A DNA stretch of 64,000 bases, taken from Planctomycetota bacterium (GTDB lineage Bacteria > Planctomycetota > SZUA-567 > H5-PLA8). Positions 1 to 9,741 of the stretch are shown here, piece by piece; position 1 is the stretch's first letter; the number at the start of each line of letters is the position of its first letter. The stretch spans positions 128,001-192,000 of the forward strand of contig JBBRPR010000005.1 of the NCBI GenBank assembly GCA_038227875.1, written 5' to 3'. Below the pieces are notes generated by a model. It saw only the letters and a list, made by a program, of their open reading frames with translations. It was not told where the DNA came from and searched no databases. A program made the translations under genes and the position numbers.

Positions 1-2
1 TC

Positions 3-473
3 GGTCCGGTCGATCAGAACGTCGACCTTGCGCCGCTGCAGAAAATATCGGCAGCCGACGCAACACTGGACGATCTGGCCGCGACACCGGACAAGAAATG
101 GTTCGCCAATTCCGCCGACGATCACCTCAAGCTGGACAGCGAATGCGCGTCGCTCTACCGCACGGACAAGTCCTGGCGCGATGCGATCGCGCCGTTCGCC
201 GTGAAGCCCAAATGGCGCTTCGCGGTCACAGCCGATTTCACGCTCGCGCAAGCCACGGCGTTGAAGCTGACCGTCGATCCGCGCGCGAAGGCGCAGTCCA
301 TTTATCTCAACGGTCACCTTATGGCCGCCGCCGAAAAAATCGAGGGCGCGACCGCCGGCGCGAACCGGATCATCGTCGTCATCGAAACGGCCGATGGCCG
401 GGGCGCAACGCCGCTGCGCGTACGCGTGGAACCCGCTGCCGGCACGCTGGAGTACAAAACGCTTCGGCCATAG
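3..473 (+). CDS. 3' part of a hypothetical protein, truncated by the window start
   Basis: Frame of ORF 201..473 is open back to position 3 with high-GC codon usage; ends at TAG 471-473. Confidence 0.75.
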   Translation, partial: GPVDQNVDLAPLQKISAADATLDDLAATPDKKWFANSADDHLKLDSECASLYRTDKSWRDAIAPFAVKPKWRFAVTADFTLAQATALKLTVDPRAKAQSIYLNGHLMAAAEKIEGATAGANRIIVVIETADGRGATPLRVRVEPAAGTLEYKTLRP

Positions 474-658
474 CGCGACGGTCCATCGACTTTGTGCATT
501 TCACGAATGTCAATTGTGGGAAATTCCCGCGATCCGATTCCTGTTTTTAAGAAAGCATGTTTGAATCACTAAAAAATTGGATACTTGTTCCAAGCGAAGT
601 TAATCTGGTCCCACAAAATTTGTGGCAATCAATACGCTGACACCTTGGGCCAGCATCC

Positions 659-2740
659 GTGTTGAACAATTCTCAATCCGTTGAACAACTGACCGCGGAA
701 AACACTGAACTGCGCCGCCGCATCGCGGAACTGGAACGCGCAGCCGGGGCGTGCAGCCGAGTCGATGCCGAACTGCAGAACGCGGCGTTCCTGCAGAATA
801 TCATCGACTCGTCGATCGATCACATCTTCGTCAAAGACCTGACGCTCCGCACCATTCTCTGCAACGCCGCTTTTTCCAGGTCGCTGGGGAAAAGCTGCGC
901 GGAGATCTACGGCAAGACCGATATTGAAGTCGGCTGGGATCCCGAACTGGTCAAGGGCAACCCGGAGAAGGGCATCCGCGGATTTGAGGCCGATGACCGC
1001 GAGGTCTTGAGCGGCAAAGTCTTGCGGATCGCCAGCGAACCGGTCAATGTCCTCGGCGAAATCCGCTATTTCAACACAACCAAAATTCCCCTGCGAAACG
1101 TTCAGAACGAGATCATCGGCGTGCTGGGCATCGCGCGGGACATCACCGAACGCAAACGGGTCGAAGAAGCGCTGTACAGCAGCGAGGAACGGCTCAGCCA
1201 CGCGGTGAAACTCGCCGGGCTGGGCATCTGGGATTGGGATGTCGCGACGGACAAAACCGTCTGGAACGACGAGATGCTGCGTATCTATGGCATCACCGCC
1301 GAACAATTCACCGGCAAAGGCACCGACTACATCAATTTCACGCGGGCCGACTACCTTGAAAAGCAGCACGCCAATATCCGCGCCGTTTTCGAGAACGGCG
1401 TGACCGAAGCCGAGCTGCTCGCCGGCAAGCGCACTCGTTTCGAGCCGAAGGAACTCTGCATCGTTCGCCCGGATGGAACCGAGTGCTTCACCTTCGGTGA
1501 TGCCGTGGCGATCGTGGACGAGCACCGCAAACCCGTCCGCCTGCTGGGCGTCACGATCGACATGACCGAGCGCAAACTTCTGGAGGAGGAGCTGCGGCAG
1601 GCCCATAAAATGGATGCCATCGGCCAGCTGGCCAGCGGCATCGCCCACGATTTCAACAATCAGCTCAACGTGATCCTCGGATTCAGTGAACTCCTGCTGA
1701 ACAAGTCGAATGATTCGGAAGTCCGGAATTGCGCCTCTCAGATCGTGGCCAGCGCCACCTGTTCGGCCGATCTGGTGCGACAGCTGCTCGCGTTTTCGCG
1801 CAAGGGCCCGTATCTCACCCGGCTCGTTGAACTCGATGCACTGATCCAGGAAACCCTGACCGTGCTCAGCCGCACGCTGGACCGGAAAATTGCGCTCTCC
1901 TGCAAACTGTGCAGCCACGCCAGGCTGCTCGCCGATTCCAGTCTCCTCACCAACGCCTTTCTCAACGTCGCCCTGAACGCACGCGACGCCATGCCGCACG
2001 GCGGCACGCTCCACTTCGCGACGCAATCCGTGACATTGGGAGAATCCGAACTGCGTCAGCTCGGCGCCGACGCCAAGCCCGGTCCCTACGCGCTGATCAC
2101 CATCGCCGATACCGGGCAGGGCATGTCCGCGGAAATTCAACGCCACATTTTCGAGCCGTTCTTCACCACCAAGCAGGCGAACCATGGCACTGGACTGGGA
2201 CTGGCCGCGGTCTACGGCACAGTCAAACGCCACGGCGGCGCCATCCGCGTGGAAAGCAGCGTTGGGAACGGAACGACGTTCTCGCTCTATTTCCCACAGG
2301 CGCCGCAATCGGCATCGGAAGCGCTCAGGCCCGCGCTCGAATCCACTCCGCCCCGCGCCGATACCAATAGAGCCGCCAATCGAATCCTCGTCGTCGAAGA
2401 TGAACGTTCAATCCGACAATTGCTCTCCGATTCGCTGAGCGAACTGGGATACACCATTGTATGCCGGGAGAACGGCGCGGCCGCCGCGGAGTACTACCGC
2501 GAACAGTGGCACGCCGTCGATCTGGTGATCATGGATATGAACATGCCCGTCATGGATGGCGCGCAGGCGCTCAGTCATATGCGCCAAATCAACCCCGAAG
2601 TTTGCGCGCTCATCATCTCCGGCTACGGCGATGAAGAACGCATCAAGGCCCTTCTCCGGCCCGGCCGCGTCAACTTCCAGGCCAAACCTTTCCGCATGGA
2701 AAATCTGAACGCGCACATCAACCAGTTACTGCGGGTGTGA
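659..2740 (+). CDS. Hybrid sensor histidine kinase (2 PAS/PAC + HisKA + HATPase + receiver), cytoplasmic
   Basis: PAC ends RDITERK and IDMTERK; H-box GIAHDFNN; N-box [21 protein letters not shown]; receiver ILVVEDE...[10 protein letters not shown]...KPF. Confidence 0.95.
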   Translation: MLNNSQSVEQLTAENTELRRRIAELERAAGACSRVDAELQNAAFLQNIIDSSIDHIFVKDLTLRTILCNAAFSRSLGKSCAEIYGKTDIEVGWDPELVKGNPEKGIRGFEADDREVLSGKVLRIASEPVNVLGEIRYFNTTKIPLRNVQNEIIGVLGIARDITERKRVEEALYSSEERLSHAVKLAGLGIWDWDVATDKTVWNDEMLRIYGITAEQFTGKGTDYINFTRADYLEKQHANIRAVFENGVTEAELLAGKRTRFEPKELCIVRPDGTECFTFGDAVAIVDEHRKPVRLLGVTIDMTERKLLEEELRQAHKMDAIGQLASGIAHDFNNQLNVILGFSELLLNKSNDSEVRNCASQIVASATCSADLVRQLLAFSRKGPYLTRLVELDALIQETLTVLSRTLDRKIALSCKLCSHARLLADSSLLTNAFLNVALNARDAMPHGGTLHFATQSVTLGESELRQLGADAKPGPYALITIADTGQGMSAEIQRHIFEPFFTTKQANHGTGLGLAAVYGTVKRHGGAIRVESSVGNGTTFSLYFPQAPQSASEALRPALESTPPRADTNRAANRILVVEDERSIRQLLSDSLSELGYTIVCRENGAAAAEYYREQWHAVDLVIMDMNMPVMDGAQALSHMRQINPEVCALIISGYGDEERIKALLRPGRVNFQAKPFRMENLNAHINQLLRV

Positions 2741-2762
2741 CCGCGCATCGAGAAAAGACTCG

Positions 2763-2799
2763 AAAAATAATCAGCGCGGCCGTCTTCGGCCGCGCTGAT
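2763..2799 (-). terminator. Rho-independent terminator between the convergent kinase and MCP genes
   Basis: 13-bp perfect stem ATCAGCGCGGCCG/CGGCCGCGCTGAT with a 4-nt loop; followed by TATTTTT on the minus strand. Confidence 0.8.
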
Positions 2800-2834
2800 C
2801 TTCTCCATCTGATTCTTGGCTTACGCGATCATGA

Positions 2835-4943
2835 TTAGAAACTCTTCAGGTCCTCATCGCTGAGCATCACGACGCTCTGCGCTTTGGCGTGCGTTCCGTT
2901 TCGGCCATTCGAAACGTGTTTTGCGTTGGCGCCCTTTGTTCCATTCGTGTTGGAGCGTTTCTGAAGCCCCTGCACGCGGTTGATTCCCTGGACGACGCGC
3001 GTGTCCACCGTGGCGATGCGGATTTCGTGCCGCGACGGAACGATTTCGACTTGCCGCACCGCCTGCGTGCCGCTGGTGCGAACCAGAGCCACGAGGTCGT
3101 TGACCATGTCCTGCAGCACCCGCGCCTGCGACGACAGCTCTTCGCTGGCGGCCGCGGATTCCTCCGCGACGGCGGCGTTGGACTGTGTCACCTTGTCCAT
3201 TTCGTTGACCGCAATGTTGATCTGCTCCACACCCTTGGACTGTTCGGCGTTCGCCAAAGCGACTTCGACGATCAGCTGCTTTACGTTTTTCGTCGCCTCC
3301 ACTGTCGTCTCAAAAGTCTTTGCGATCTCCGTCTCGATGGCGTGCTTCAGCGTCGCGGCCACTTCTGCTGAGACCTTTACTCCGTGCTCCGCGTTGCGCT
3401 GCGATTCTTCGATCAGCGCGGCGGTATTGCGTGCGGCCTCGGCCGAACGCTGGGCCAGCGTGCGCACCTCTTCGGCGACGACTGCGAAGCCCTTGCCCGA
3501 TTCCCCGGCCCGCGCGGCCTCGACGGCCGCATTCAGCGCCAGCAAGTTGGTCTGGAAGGCAATCTCATCGATGGTCTTGACGATCTTTGCCGTCTGATCG
3601 GTGGAATTCTTGATCTGCTGGATCGCGGCAGTCATGCCGGCGATCTGCTTGCTGATATCCGCGCCCATTCGTTGCGTATTGCTCTGCCCGGCTTCCGCCG
3701 CGCTGCTGGCCTGATCGGAAAGTATGCGCGCCTGCTCGGCGCTGGCGGCGTTCTGCCGCGTGGCCGACGACATTTCCACCATCGACGCCGAGGTTTCTTC
3801 CAGGCTCGACGCCTGCTCGCTGGAACCGGAGGCCAGTGTCTGGCTGGCCTGCGACACTTCCGTCGATGCCGAGGCGACCTGCCGGGACGTCTCGGTCAGG
3901 TTCTCGATGATCTTTTCCAACGCGCGGTTGATGCGGCGGGTGATGAACACCGCCAGCACCGTGCCGATCAGGATCGACAAGGCCGTGCCGCCAATCGTCA
4001 GCGACGACGACCCCTGCAGGCTGTCGCGGGAGGTTCCGCTGTCGGCGTCGGCCATGGCGGTGAAGTCGTTCGAGACGGCGTCGGCAAGCGCCAGCACCTT
4101 GTCGCCGCTCTCGTTGCGAATTTTGCTCGCTTCTACCAGGCCCTCCAGGGATTTTTTCATGGCCGTCATTTCATTTTTGGAAGTGGCCGCGAGTTCCAGC
4201 ATCGACTCGCAGCGCTTCTTGTCGTCAGGGACGTTAGAGATGTCGCGTGCGCGCGTCAGTTTCGCCAGCAGTTCCTCGTGATCCTTCATCGCGCTTTCCA
4301 GCGGCGGCAGCTTGCGGGTCTGCTTGGCCTGGGAGAGCGCCGCGATGTTCCGGAACTGCAGCGCGACGATGGAGTTCATCAGGTCCGACTTTTCAAAATG
4401 TTGCAGGATGCGCGCCTCCTCCGCCTTCTGCTGAATTTCAGAAATCGCGTTTTCTTTCTGGGAGGTGAAATACGCTGCTGCCAGTTTCAAAAACTGATCG
4501 GAATTCTTATTCATTCCGGCCAATTGCGCATCCAGCTCCTGCACGCGCTCCTGGGTCTTCGCCACGCCATTCTGCCATGTCGTCAGCGGCTCATGGACGG
4601 TCGTAATGAACTCTTTGAGCCTGACCAGTTCCGGATATTTCACCGTCAGCGCCTCAATCGCATCGAGTGTTCTTTGCTGCTTTTCCCGGGCGGCCCGGAT
4701 CGCGTCGAGGAACTTCGGATCGCCGCTCAAACCATACGCGCGGGTTTCCAGTCTGCAGCGGAGTACATTGCCCATCATGTCGGTGAGCAGATCGAGCGCG
4801 GGCATGGTTTTGTCCGCCATGATCTTGGCACGATCGGAGGCCGAACGCATCGACGTCACCGCGATGATCCCGATGATCAGGCTGAGTAACAGGGTCATTG
4901 CGAACCCTGTCGTGATCTGCCGTTTGATTGTCCAATTTTTCAT
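2835..4943 (-). CDS. Methyl-accepting chemotaxis protein
   Basis: Two TM helices around a helical periplasmic sensor; hairpin tip [40 protein letters not shown] 4943 preceded by GGAG. Confidence 0.95.
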   Translation of the reverse strand: MKNWTIKRQITTGFAMTLLLSLIIGIIAVTSMRSASDRAKIMADKTMPALDLLTDMMGNVLRCRLETRAYGLSGDPKFLDAIRAAREKQQRTLDAIEALTVKYPELVRLKEFITTVHEPLTTWQNGVAKTQERVQELDAQLAGMNKNSDQFLKLAAAYFTSQKENAISEIQQKAEEARILQHFEKSDLMNSIVALQFRNIAALSQAKQTRKLPPLESAMKDHEELLAKLTRARDISNVPDDKKRCESMLELAATSKNEMTAMKKSLEGLVEASKIRNESGDKVLALADAVSNDFTAMADADSGTSRDSLQGSSSLTIGGTALSILIGTVLAVFITRRINRALEKIIENLTETSRQVASASTEVSQASQTLASGSSEQASSLEETSASMVEMSSATRQNAASAEQARILSDQASSAAEAGQSNTQRMGADISKQIAGMTAAIQQIKNSTDQTAKIVKTIDEIAFQTNLLALNAAVEAARAGESGKGFAVVAEEVRTLAQRSAEAARNTAALIEESQRNAEHGVKVSAEVAATLKHAIETEIAKTFETTVEATKNVKQLIVEVALANAEQSKGVEQINIAVNEMDKVTQSNAAVAEESAAASEELSSQARVLQDMVNDLVALVRTSGTQAVRQVEIVPSRHEIRIATVDTRVVQGINRVQGLQKRSNTNGTKGANAKHVSNGRNGTHAKAQSVVMLSDEDLKSF

Positions 4944-4994
4944 CGCCATCTCCATTTTCAATAATCGGGTTCCCATCTCGCGAGGGATGGAGTG

Positions 4995-5010
4995 GCATTA
5001 TCCGTGCCAG
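4995..5010 (-). promoter_or_regulatory. Sigma54-type -24/-12 promoter of the MCP gene
   Basis: Minus strand CTGGCACGGATAATGC, GG-N10-GC spacing, about 50 bp upstream of the start. Confidence 0.6.
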
Positions 5011-5153
5011 AATTGAATCGGGAAAATTCGGCAATCCGGCCGGGTATTTCGGAAATGGATACCGGAAAAGTGCTCCAGAAACGTACAAAATACATGTTGA
5101 ATCAACGCGCGTTCTGACTTTCGTTCAGACGGCAAAAGTTGCCGTTTATCGCA

Positions 5154-6014
5154 TTATTTCAAAACCGGCGCCGATTCTCGAAATTGAGAAGGCGTTTTAC
5201 CCATCTGCTTGCGGAAGATGCGGCAGAAGTGATTGGGACAGACAAATCCGCACGCGTACGCAATCTCCTTTACCGTCAACGCGCTGGCCGTAAGCAACCG
5301 CGTCGCGCGTTCCACGCGCAGTTGCTGAAAGCGCTCCGCCGGCCCGATCTTGCGGTGTCGCATGTAAAGCCGCGTCAGCTGGCTGCGCGACAAGCCGACG
5401 TGCTCCGCCACCGCCGCGACATCGATGCCCGGCGCCAGCGAATCGCGCATGAAACCATCGGCCAGTTCCAGGCGGCTTTCGCCGGACACTTCTTTTTCGC
5501 CGACCGAAACGCGTTCCGTTTGTGAGAGTGCGGCGAGCATCGACCACAGTTCCGCCAGCAATCGCGCACCTTTTTGCGGACCGCGCTCCGCTTGGATGCG
5601 CCGCAGCGCCAGCGCGTGCGCCCGCATCGCCGCGGGCGGCAGGCTGAACGCCAGCTGTCCGCCGAAGGACTCCAGGTAATGCTCCAACGCGCTGTTGCGC
5701 TTGAAACGCATGTCCACGAAGTCCACGCGCGGCGCATCCGGATCCTGCGAGACGCGGTGCTTCAAGTTCGCCGCCAGCGCGCAGACACCTCCCGCCTTCA
5801 ACTCAAACGAACGCGATTGCAGATGCACGCCCATCGATCCCTGCACGATCCAGATCATCTGCATCTCGGGGTGGGAGTGCGACTGGTTCGGGCGAACCGT
5901 GTTCCATTCTGCTTCTGTCACAAACGTGACCGAAAGTTCCGGCACCGCAATGGAGTAGAGCGCAAAGCGCCCATGAGGCCCAACCGCCTGCATTGTCATC
6001 GTCTTGCACCCCAT
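5154..6014 (-). CDS. AraC family transcriptional regulator
   Basis: Cupin HSHPEMQ; C-terminal double HTH VKEIAYACGF...FCRIFRKQMGKTPSQFR. Confidence 0.93.
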   Translation of the reverse strand: MGCKTMTMQAVGPHGRFALYSIAVPELSVTFVTEAEWNTVRPNQSHSHPEMQMIWIVQGSMGVHLQSRSFELKAGGVCALAANLKHRVSQDPDAPRVDFVDMRFKRNSALEHYLESFGGQLAFSLPPAAMRAHALALRRIQAERGPQKGARLLAELWSMLAALSQTERVSVGEKEVSGESRLELADGFMRDSLAPGIDVAAVAEHVGLSRSQLTRLYMRHRKIGPAERFQQLRVERATRLLTASALTVKEIAYACGFVCPNHFCRIFRKQMGKTPSQFRESAPVLK

Positions 6015-6128
6015 GCGTCATATGGATAGTAAATGCGACACCTGTCGCGTTGCGCGGATACCATTCTATATGGGATACTGCTCTCCGAACAGAAGAGATT
6101 ATCACTCCCACAGATAGCGAGGAATACC

Positions 6129-7217
6129 ATGCAGACGACGCTCAATCCCGCATCGCAATCCGCACCGAAGCCGGCGCAGGCCGTCCGCGTGGTCGACTGC
6201 GACGTGCACTGCCACATCGGCGTCAACGCCATCCGCGAGTATCTCCCCGAGCCCTGGCGTTCGCTGGGCGTCAGCACTCCCGGCCACATGGGCTACCAGA
6301 ATCCCGTCGGCGTCACGCGCCGCGACACCATCGAAGCCGATGGTATCTGCGCCGCTGCCAAGCCCGCTGGTATCGGCCGCATGCTGCTCGATCCCTATGG
6401 CATTGACATCGCCATCCTCACCGGCGACATGTATTCCGTCTGCATCCATCCCGACCCCGACGTCGCCTGCGCCCTCAGCACTGCCTACAACGACTACATG
6501 ATCGCAAACTGGCTGAATAAGGATCCGCGCTTCCGTTTGGCGATGGTCGTGCCGACGCAGGATCCGCTCTACGCCGCGCGCGAAATCGAACGCATCGGCG
6601 CGCATCCCGGCATCGTGGAAGTCATCGTCGCCTCCGCCTCCCCCGCCCCGTTCGGCCAGCGCCAGTTCCATCCCATCTATGCCGCCTGCGAGAAGATGGG
6701 TCTCCCCCTGGCCATGCACCCCGGGTTCGAAGGCTGCGGCACCTCCGCCGGCCCCACTGCTGCCGGACATCCGACGCGCTACATCGAATGGCACTCCGGT
6801 CTGCCGGCCACCTTTCAGGCCCACGTCATCAGCATGGTCACCGAAGGCGTCTTCCAGAAATTTCCGAAGCTCAAAGTCGTCCTGGTGGAAGGCGGCGTCT
6901 CGTGGCTCGTGCCCTTGATGTGGCGACTCGACAAAAACTGGAAGGCCCTGCGCCTCACCGTGCCGTGGCTCGATCGCCTGCCCAGCGAAGTGATCCAGGA
7001 ACACTTCCTGATTACGACGCAGCCGATCGAAGAGCCGCAGAACCAGGCGCACTTGAAGCAACTCTTCTCCATGTTCGACGCCGAACGAATGCTGCTGTTC
7101 TCGTCCGACTTTCCGCATTGGGACGGCGACACGCCGGATTTCGCGCTGCGCGGGTTCTCGGAGTCGTTCAAGCAGCGCGTCTGGTCGGGAAATGCCGTGG
7201 AGCTTTTCGGACTTTAA
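6129..7217 (+). CDS. Amidohydrolase_2-fold metalloprotein, probable dinuclear oxygenase type
   Basis: DCDVH, MHPG, EGGVSW, TTQPIEEP, FSSDFPHWD; GAGG RBS before ATG 6129. Confidence 0.85.
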   Translation: MQTTLNPASQSAPKPAQAVRVVDCDVHCHIGVNAIREYLPEPWRSLGVSTPGHMGYQNPVGVTRRDTIEADGICAAAKPAGIGRMLLDPYGIDIAILTGDMYSVCIHPDPDVACALSTAYNDYMIANWLNKDPRFRLAMVVPTQDPLYAAREIERIGAHPGIVEVIVASASPAPFGQRQFHPIYAACEKMGLPLAMHPGFEGCGTSAGPTAAGHPTRYIEWHSGLPATFQAHVISMVTEGVFQKFPKLKVVLVEGGVSWLVPLMWRLDKNWKALRLTVPWLDRLPSEVIQEHFLITTQPIEEPQNQAHLKQLFSMFDAERMLLFSSDFPHWDGDTPDFALRGFSESFKQRVWSGNAVELFGL

Positions 7218-7258
7218 GAATCTTCTGACTCGCTTTCATTTCTGCCTGGAGATCGCTC

Positions 7259-7633
7259 ATGACCACCGCACTGCAAAGTCGCACCACCCGCCACCGCGTT
7301 GCCGCGGTCACCGAACTCCCACCCGGTTCGCGCAAGGTCATCAAGATCGGCGAGCGCGAAGTCGGCGTCTTCAACGTGAACGGCGCGTACAAGGCCGTGC
7401 TCAACCTCTGTCCCCACGCCCTCGCGCCCATTTGCAGCGGCGCGGTGCGCGGCACGGTCCTGCCTTCCAAGCCCGGTGAGTTTTCATGGGGCCGCAGCGG
7501 CGAAATCATCTCCTGCCCCTGGCACGGCTGGGAATTCAGCCTGCTCGACGGCAAAAGCCTCCACGACGAGCGCTGCCATCTCAAGACGTTCAACGTGGTC
7601 GTGGAAGAGGGGGTCGTGTTTCTGGAATGCTGA
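7259..7633 (+). CDS. Rieske [2Fe-2S] ferredoxin
   Basis: CPH...CPWHGWEF Rieske ligand boxes; GGAG RBS. Confidence 0.93.
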   Translation: MTTALQSRTTRHRVAAVTELPPGSRKVIKIGEREVGVFNVNGAYKAVLNLCPHALAPICSGAVRGTVLPSKPGEFSWGRSGEIISCPWHGWEFSLLDGKSLHDERCHLKTFNVVVEEGVVFLEC

Positions 7634-7662
7634 GGAGTTAAGGAAGTCTGAGGACTGAGCAA

Positions 7663-7689
7663 AAATCCCCCGCGTACCGCGGTGGATTT
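7663..7689. terminator. Hairpin between convergent genes, possible terminator
   Basis: AAATCCCCCGCG-TAC-CGCGGTGGATTT, one mismatch. Confidence 0.5.
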
Positions 7690-7704
7690 CCCTGCCGCGA
7701 AGCG

Positions 7705-7736
7705 AATTCAAAATTAATCATTCAAAATTAAAAATT
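7705..7736. repeat. Period-7 AT-rich tandem repeat
   Basis: ttcaaaa ttaatca ttcaaaa ttaaaaa tt. Confidence 0.65.
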
Positions 7737-7744
7737 GCCGTGGA

Positions 7745-9520
7745 TCACGACGCCTTGCTGACCTGCGCCGCCGGCCTTGACGAGAGCAGCTCATGCAGCT
7801 TCTGCTGCAGCGCTTCCGGCGCAAACGGTTTCTGGATGAACGCCGTGCCCGGCCGCAAGACTTCACGCCGCATCGATTCGTCCGGCATGTGCCCCGAAAT
7901 GTAGAGCACCTTCGTGGCAGGCGAGACGGAGAGCATCCGCTCCGACAGTTCCAGCCCATTCATCTTGCCCATGATCATATCCGTGATCAGCACGTCGATG
8001 CCGCGGGTGTAATTGGTAATGAGCCGGTCGGCCTCTTCACCCGAGGCGGCGTCCAGCACCGTGTAGCCCTGGCTCTGCAGCAAGCGCACGTACACTGACC
8101 GCAGCGCCACATCGTCTTCCACCAGCAGCACCGTTTCGCCCCGGCCCCCGGCGGAAAGCGTCGGCGCCTTGAGGATGATCTCGGCCGCTTCGCTGACCCG
8201 CGGCAGCTGCACGAAAAACGACGTGCCTGCATTCACTTCGGACTTGAACGTCACCACACCACCACTCTGGTTGACAATACCGTAGACCGTCGCCAGCCCC
8301 AGCCCGGTCCCCCGCCCCAGCGGCTTGGTGGTGAAGAACGGCTCGAAAATGTGCCGCTGCGTTTCCGCGCTCATTCCCACACCGTTGTCGCTGATCGTCA
8401 AGCGCACGAACGGCCCCGTCACCTTTGCCATCCCGGCCGGTTCCCCGCCCGCCGCCGGAAGGTCGTTCTCGCCGACTTCCGTCTTGATCGTAATCAGACC
8501 GCCATTGGGCAGCGCGTCGCGCGCATTCAGACACAGGTTCAACAGCACCTGTTCGATCTGGCGTTCGTCGGCACGCACGCGCACGGTTTCACCGCAGAGC
8601 GCCAACTGCAGCGTCATCCGCTCGTTGATCAGCCCGCGCAGCAACGGCTCCAGGCTCCGGATCACCGCATTCAAGTCGAGCACCTTCGGGTCGAGCATCT
8701 GGCGGCGGCTGAAGGCCAGCATCTGCCGCGTCAGCGCCGAACCCCGTTCCACCGCGTCCTGAATCACCTTCACGTCCGCCAGCAGTTCGCGGTGCGCGCC
8801 CAGCCGCAGTTTCAGCAGATCTGAACAGCCCTGGATCACGCAGAGCAGATTGTTGAAATCATGCGCCACGCCGCCGGCCAGCTGCCCCACGGCTTCCATG
8901 CGCTGGGCGTGCTGCAGGCGTTCTTCCAGCAGCTTGCGTTCGGTGATGTCCTGCGACAACACAATCACGCCGGCGATGTTTCCATTGGCGTCGCGGAACG
9001 GCACTTTGTCCGTGCGCACCCAGCGCTTTTCGTTCAGCGACTGAACCGGCTCGGTGATGCCCAGCTTGGGCCGCTCACTGCGAATCACCTCGAGATCATC
9101 GTTGTGGTACTTCTCAGCTTCGTCTGGATAAATTTCAACCGTCGGCCGGCCTTCGATTTCATCCACGCGCCTGCCGATGGAATCGGCCACCGCCTGGTTG
9201 ACACGCAGAATGCGATTTTCTTTGTCCTTGATCCAGATCAGGGACGGCACGGAGTTGAAGACGATGCGGAATTCTTCGGTGCTTCGTTTCAGCCGCAATT
9301 CCGCGCGCTGAACTTCGGCCGCCACATCACGGAGCTGCGCGTTCAGCACGGCCATCTCGCGCGCGTGAGCTTCAGTGTCGCGCACCTGCTGGGCCCGCAG
9401 TGCATCGAGTTGCTCTGCAAGCAGGCGCCTGGCCGCTCGGATTTGGACCAGCCCAATCATCAGCCCCGTGAGGATCAGGAGCGAGGCAGCGCTCAACACC
9501 CAATAGACAACCATGGCCAC
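7745..9520 (-). CDS. Membrane-anchored hybrid histidine kinase (TM + coiled coil + PAS + HisKA/HATPase + receiver)
   Basis: N-terminal [32 protein letters not shown]; receiver VLLVEDD...LITDM...KPF. Confidence 0.95.
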   Translation of the reverse strand: MAMVVYWVLSAASLLILTGLMIGLVQIRAARRLLAEQLDALRAQQVRDTEAHAREMAVLNAQLRDVAAEVQRAELRLKRSTEEFRIVFNSVPSLIWIKDKENRILRVNQAVADSIGRRVDEIEGRPTVEIYPDEAEKYHNDDLEVIRSERPKLGITEPVQSLNEKRWVRTDKVPFRDANGNIAGVIVLSQDITERKLLEERLQHAQRMEAVGQLAGGVAHDFNNLLCVIQGCSDLLKLRLGAHRELLADVKVIQDAVERGSALTRQMLAFSRRQMLDPKVLDLNAVIRSLEPLLRGLINERMTLQLALCGETVRVRADERQIEQVLLNLCLNARDALPNGGLITIKTEVGENDLPAAGGEPAGMAKVTGPFVRLTISDNGVGMSAETQRHIFEPFFTTKPLGRGTGLGLATVYGIVNQSGGVVTFKSEVNAGTSFFVQLPRVSEAAEIILKAPTLSAGGRGETVLLVEDDVALRSVYVRLLQSQGYTVLDAASGEEADRLITNYTRGIDVLITDMIMGKMNGLELSERMLSVSPATKVLYISGHMPDESMRREVLRPGTAFIQKPFAPEALQQKLHELLSSRPAAQVSKAS

Positions 9521-9741
9521 AGAGTACTCCGCAATAGGTAGGGATCAACGAGTTGCTAAATAAGAACCGCATCGCGATCGAACTTGTATTTTCCCTCTAT
9601 CAAGTTTAAGAATAACACACATTGTGCGCAAGACCAATCCTGGATTTGTATATTCTTATTAAAATAAGATAGCATTTATACAAGGGTTTGGTGTATTTAT
9701 CACTGTGTTGAAATTCAGACTCATAAAGGGGGTCCTCTACC

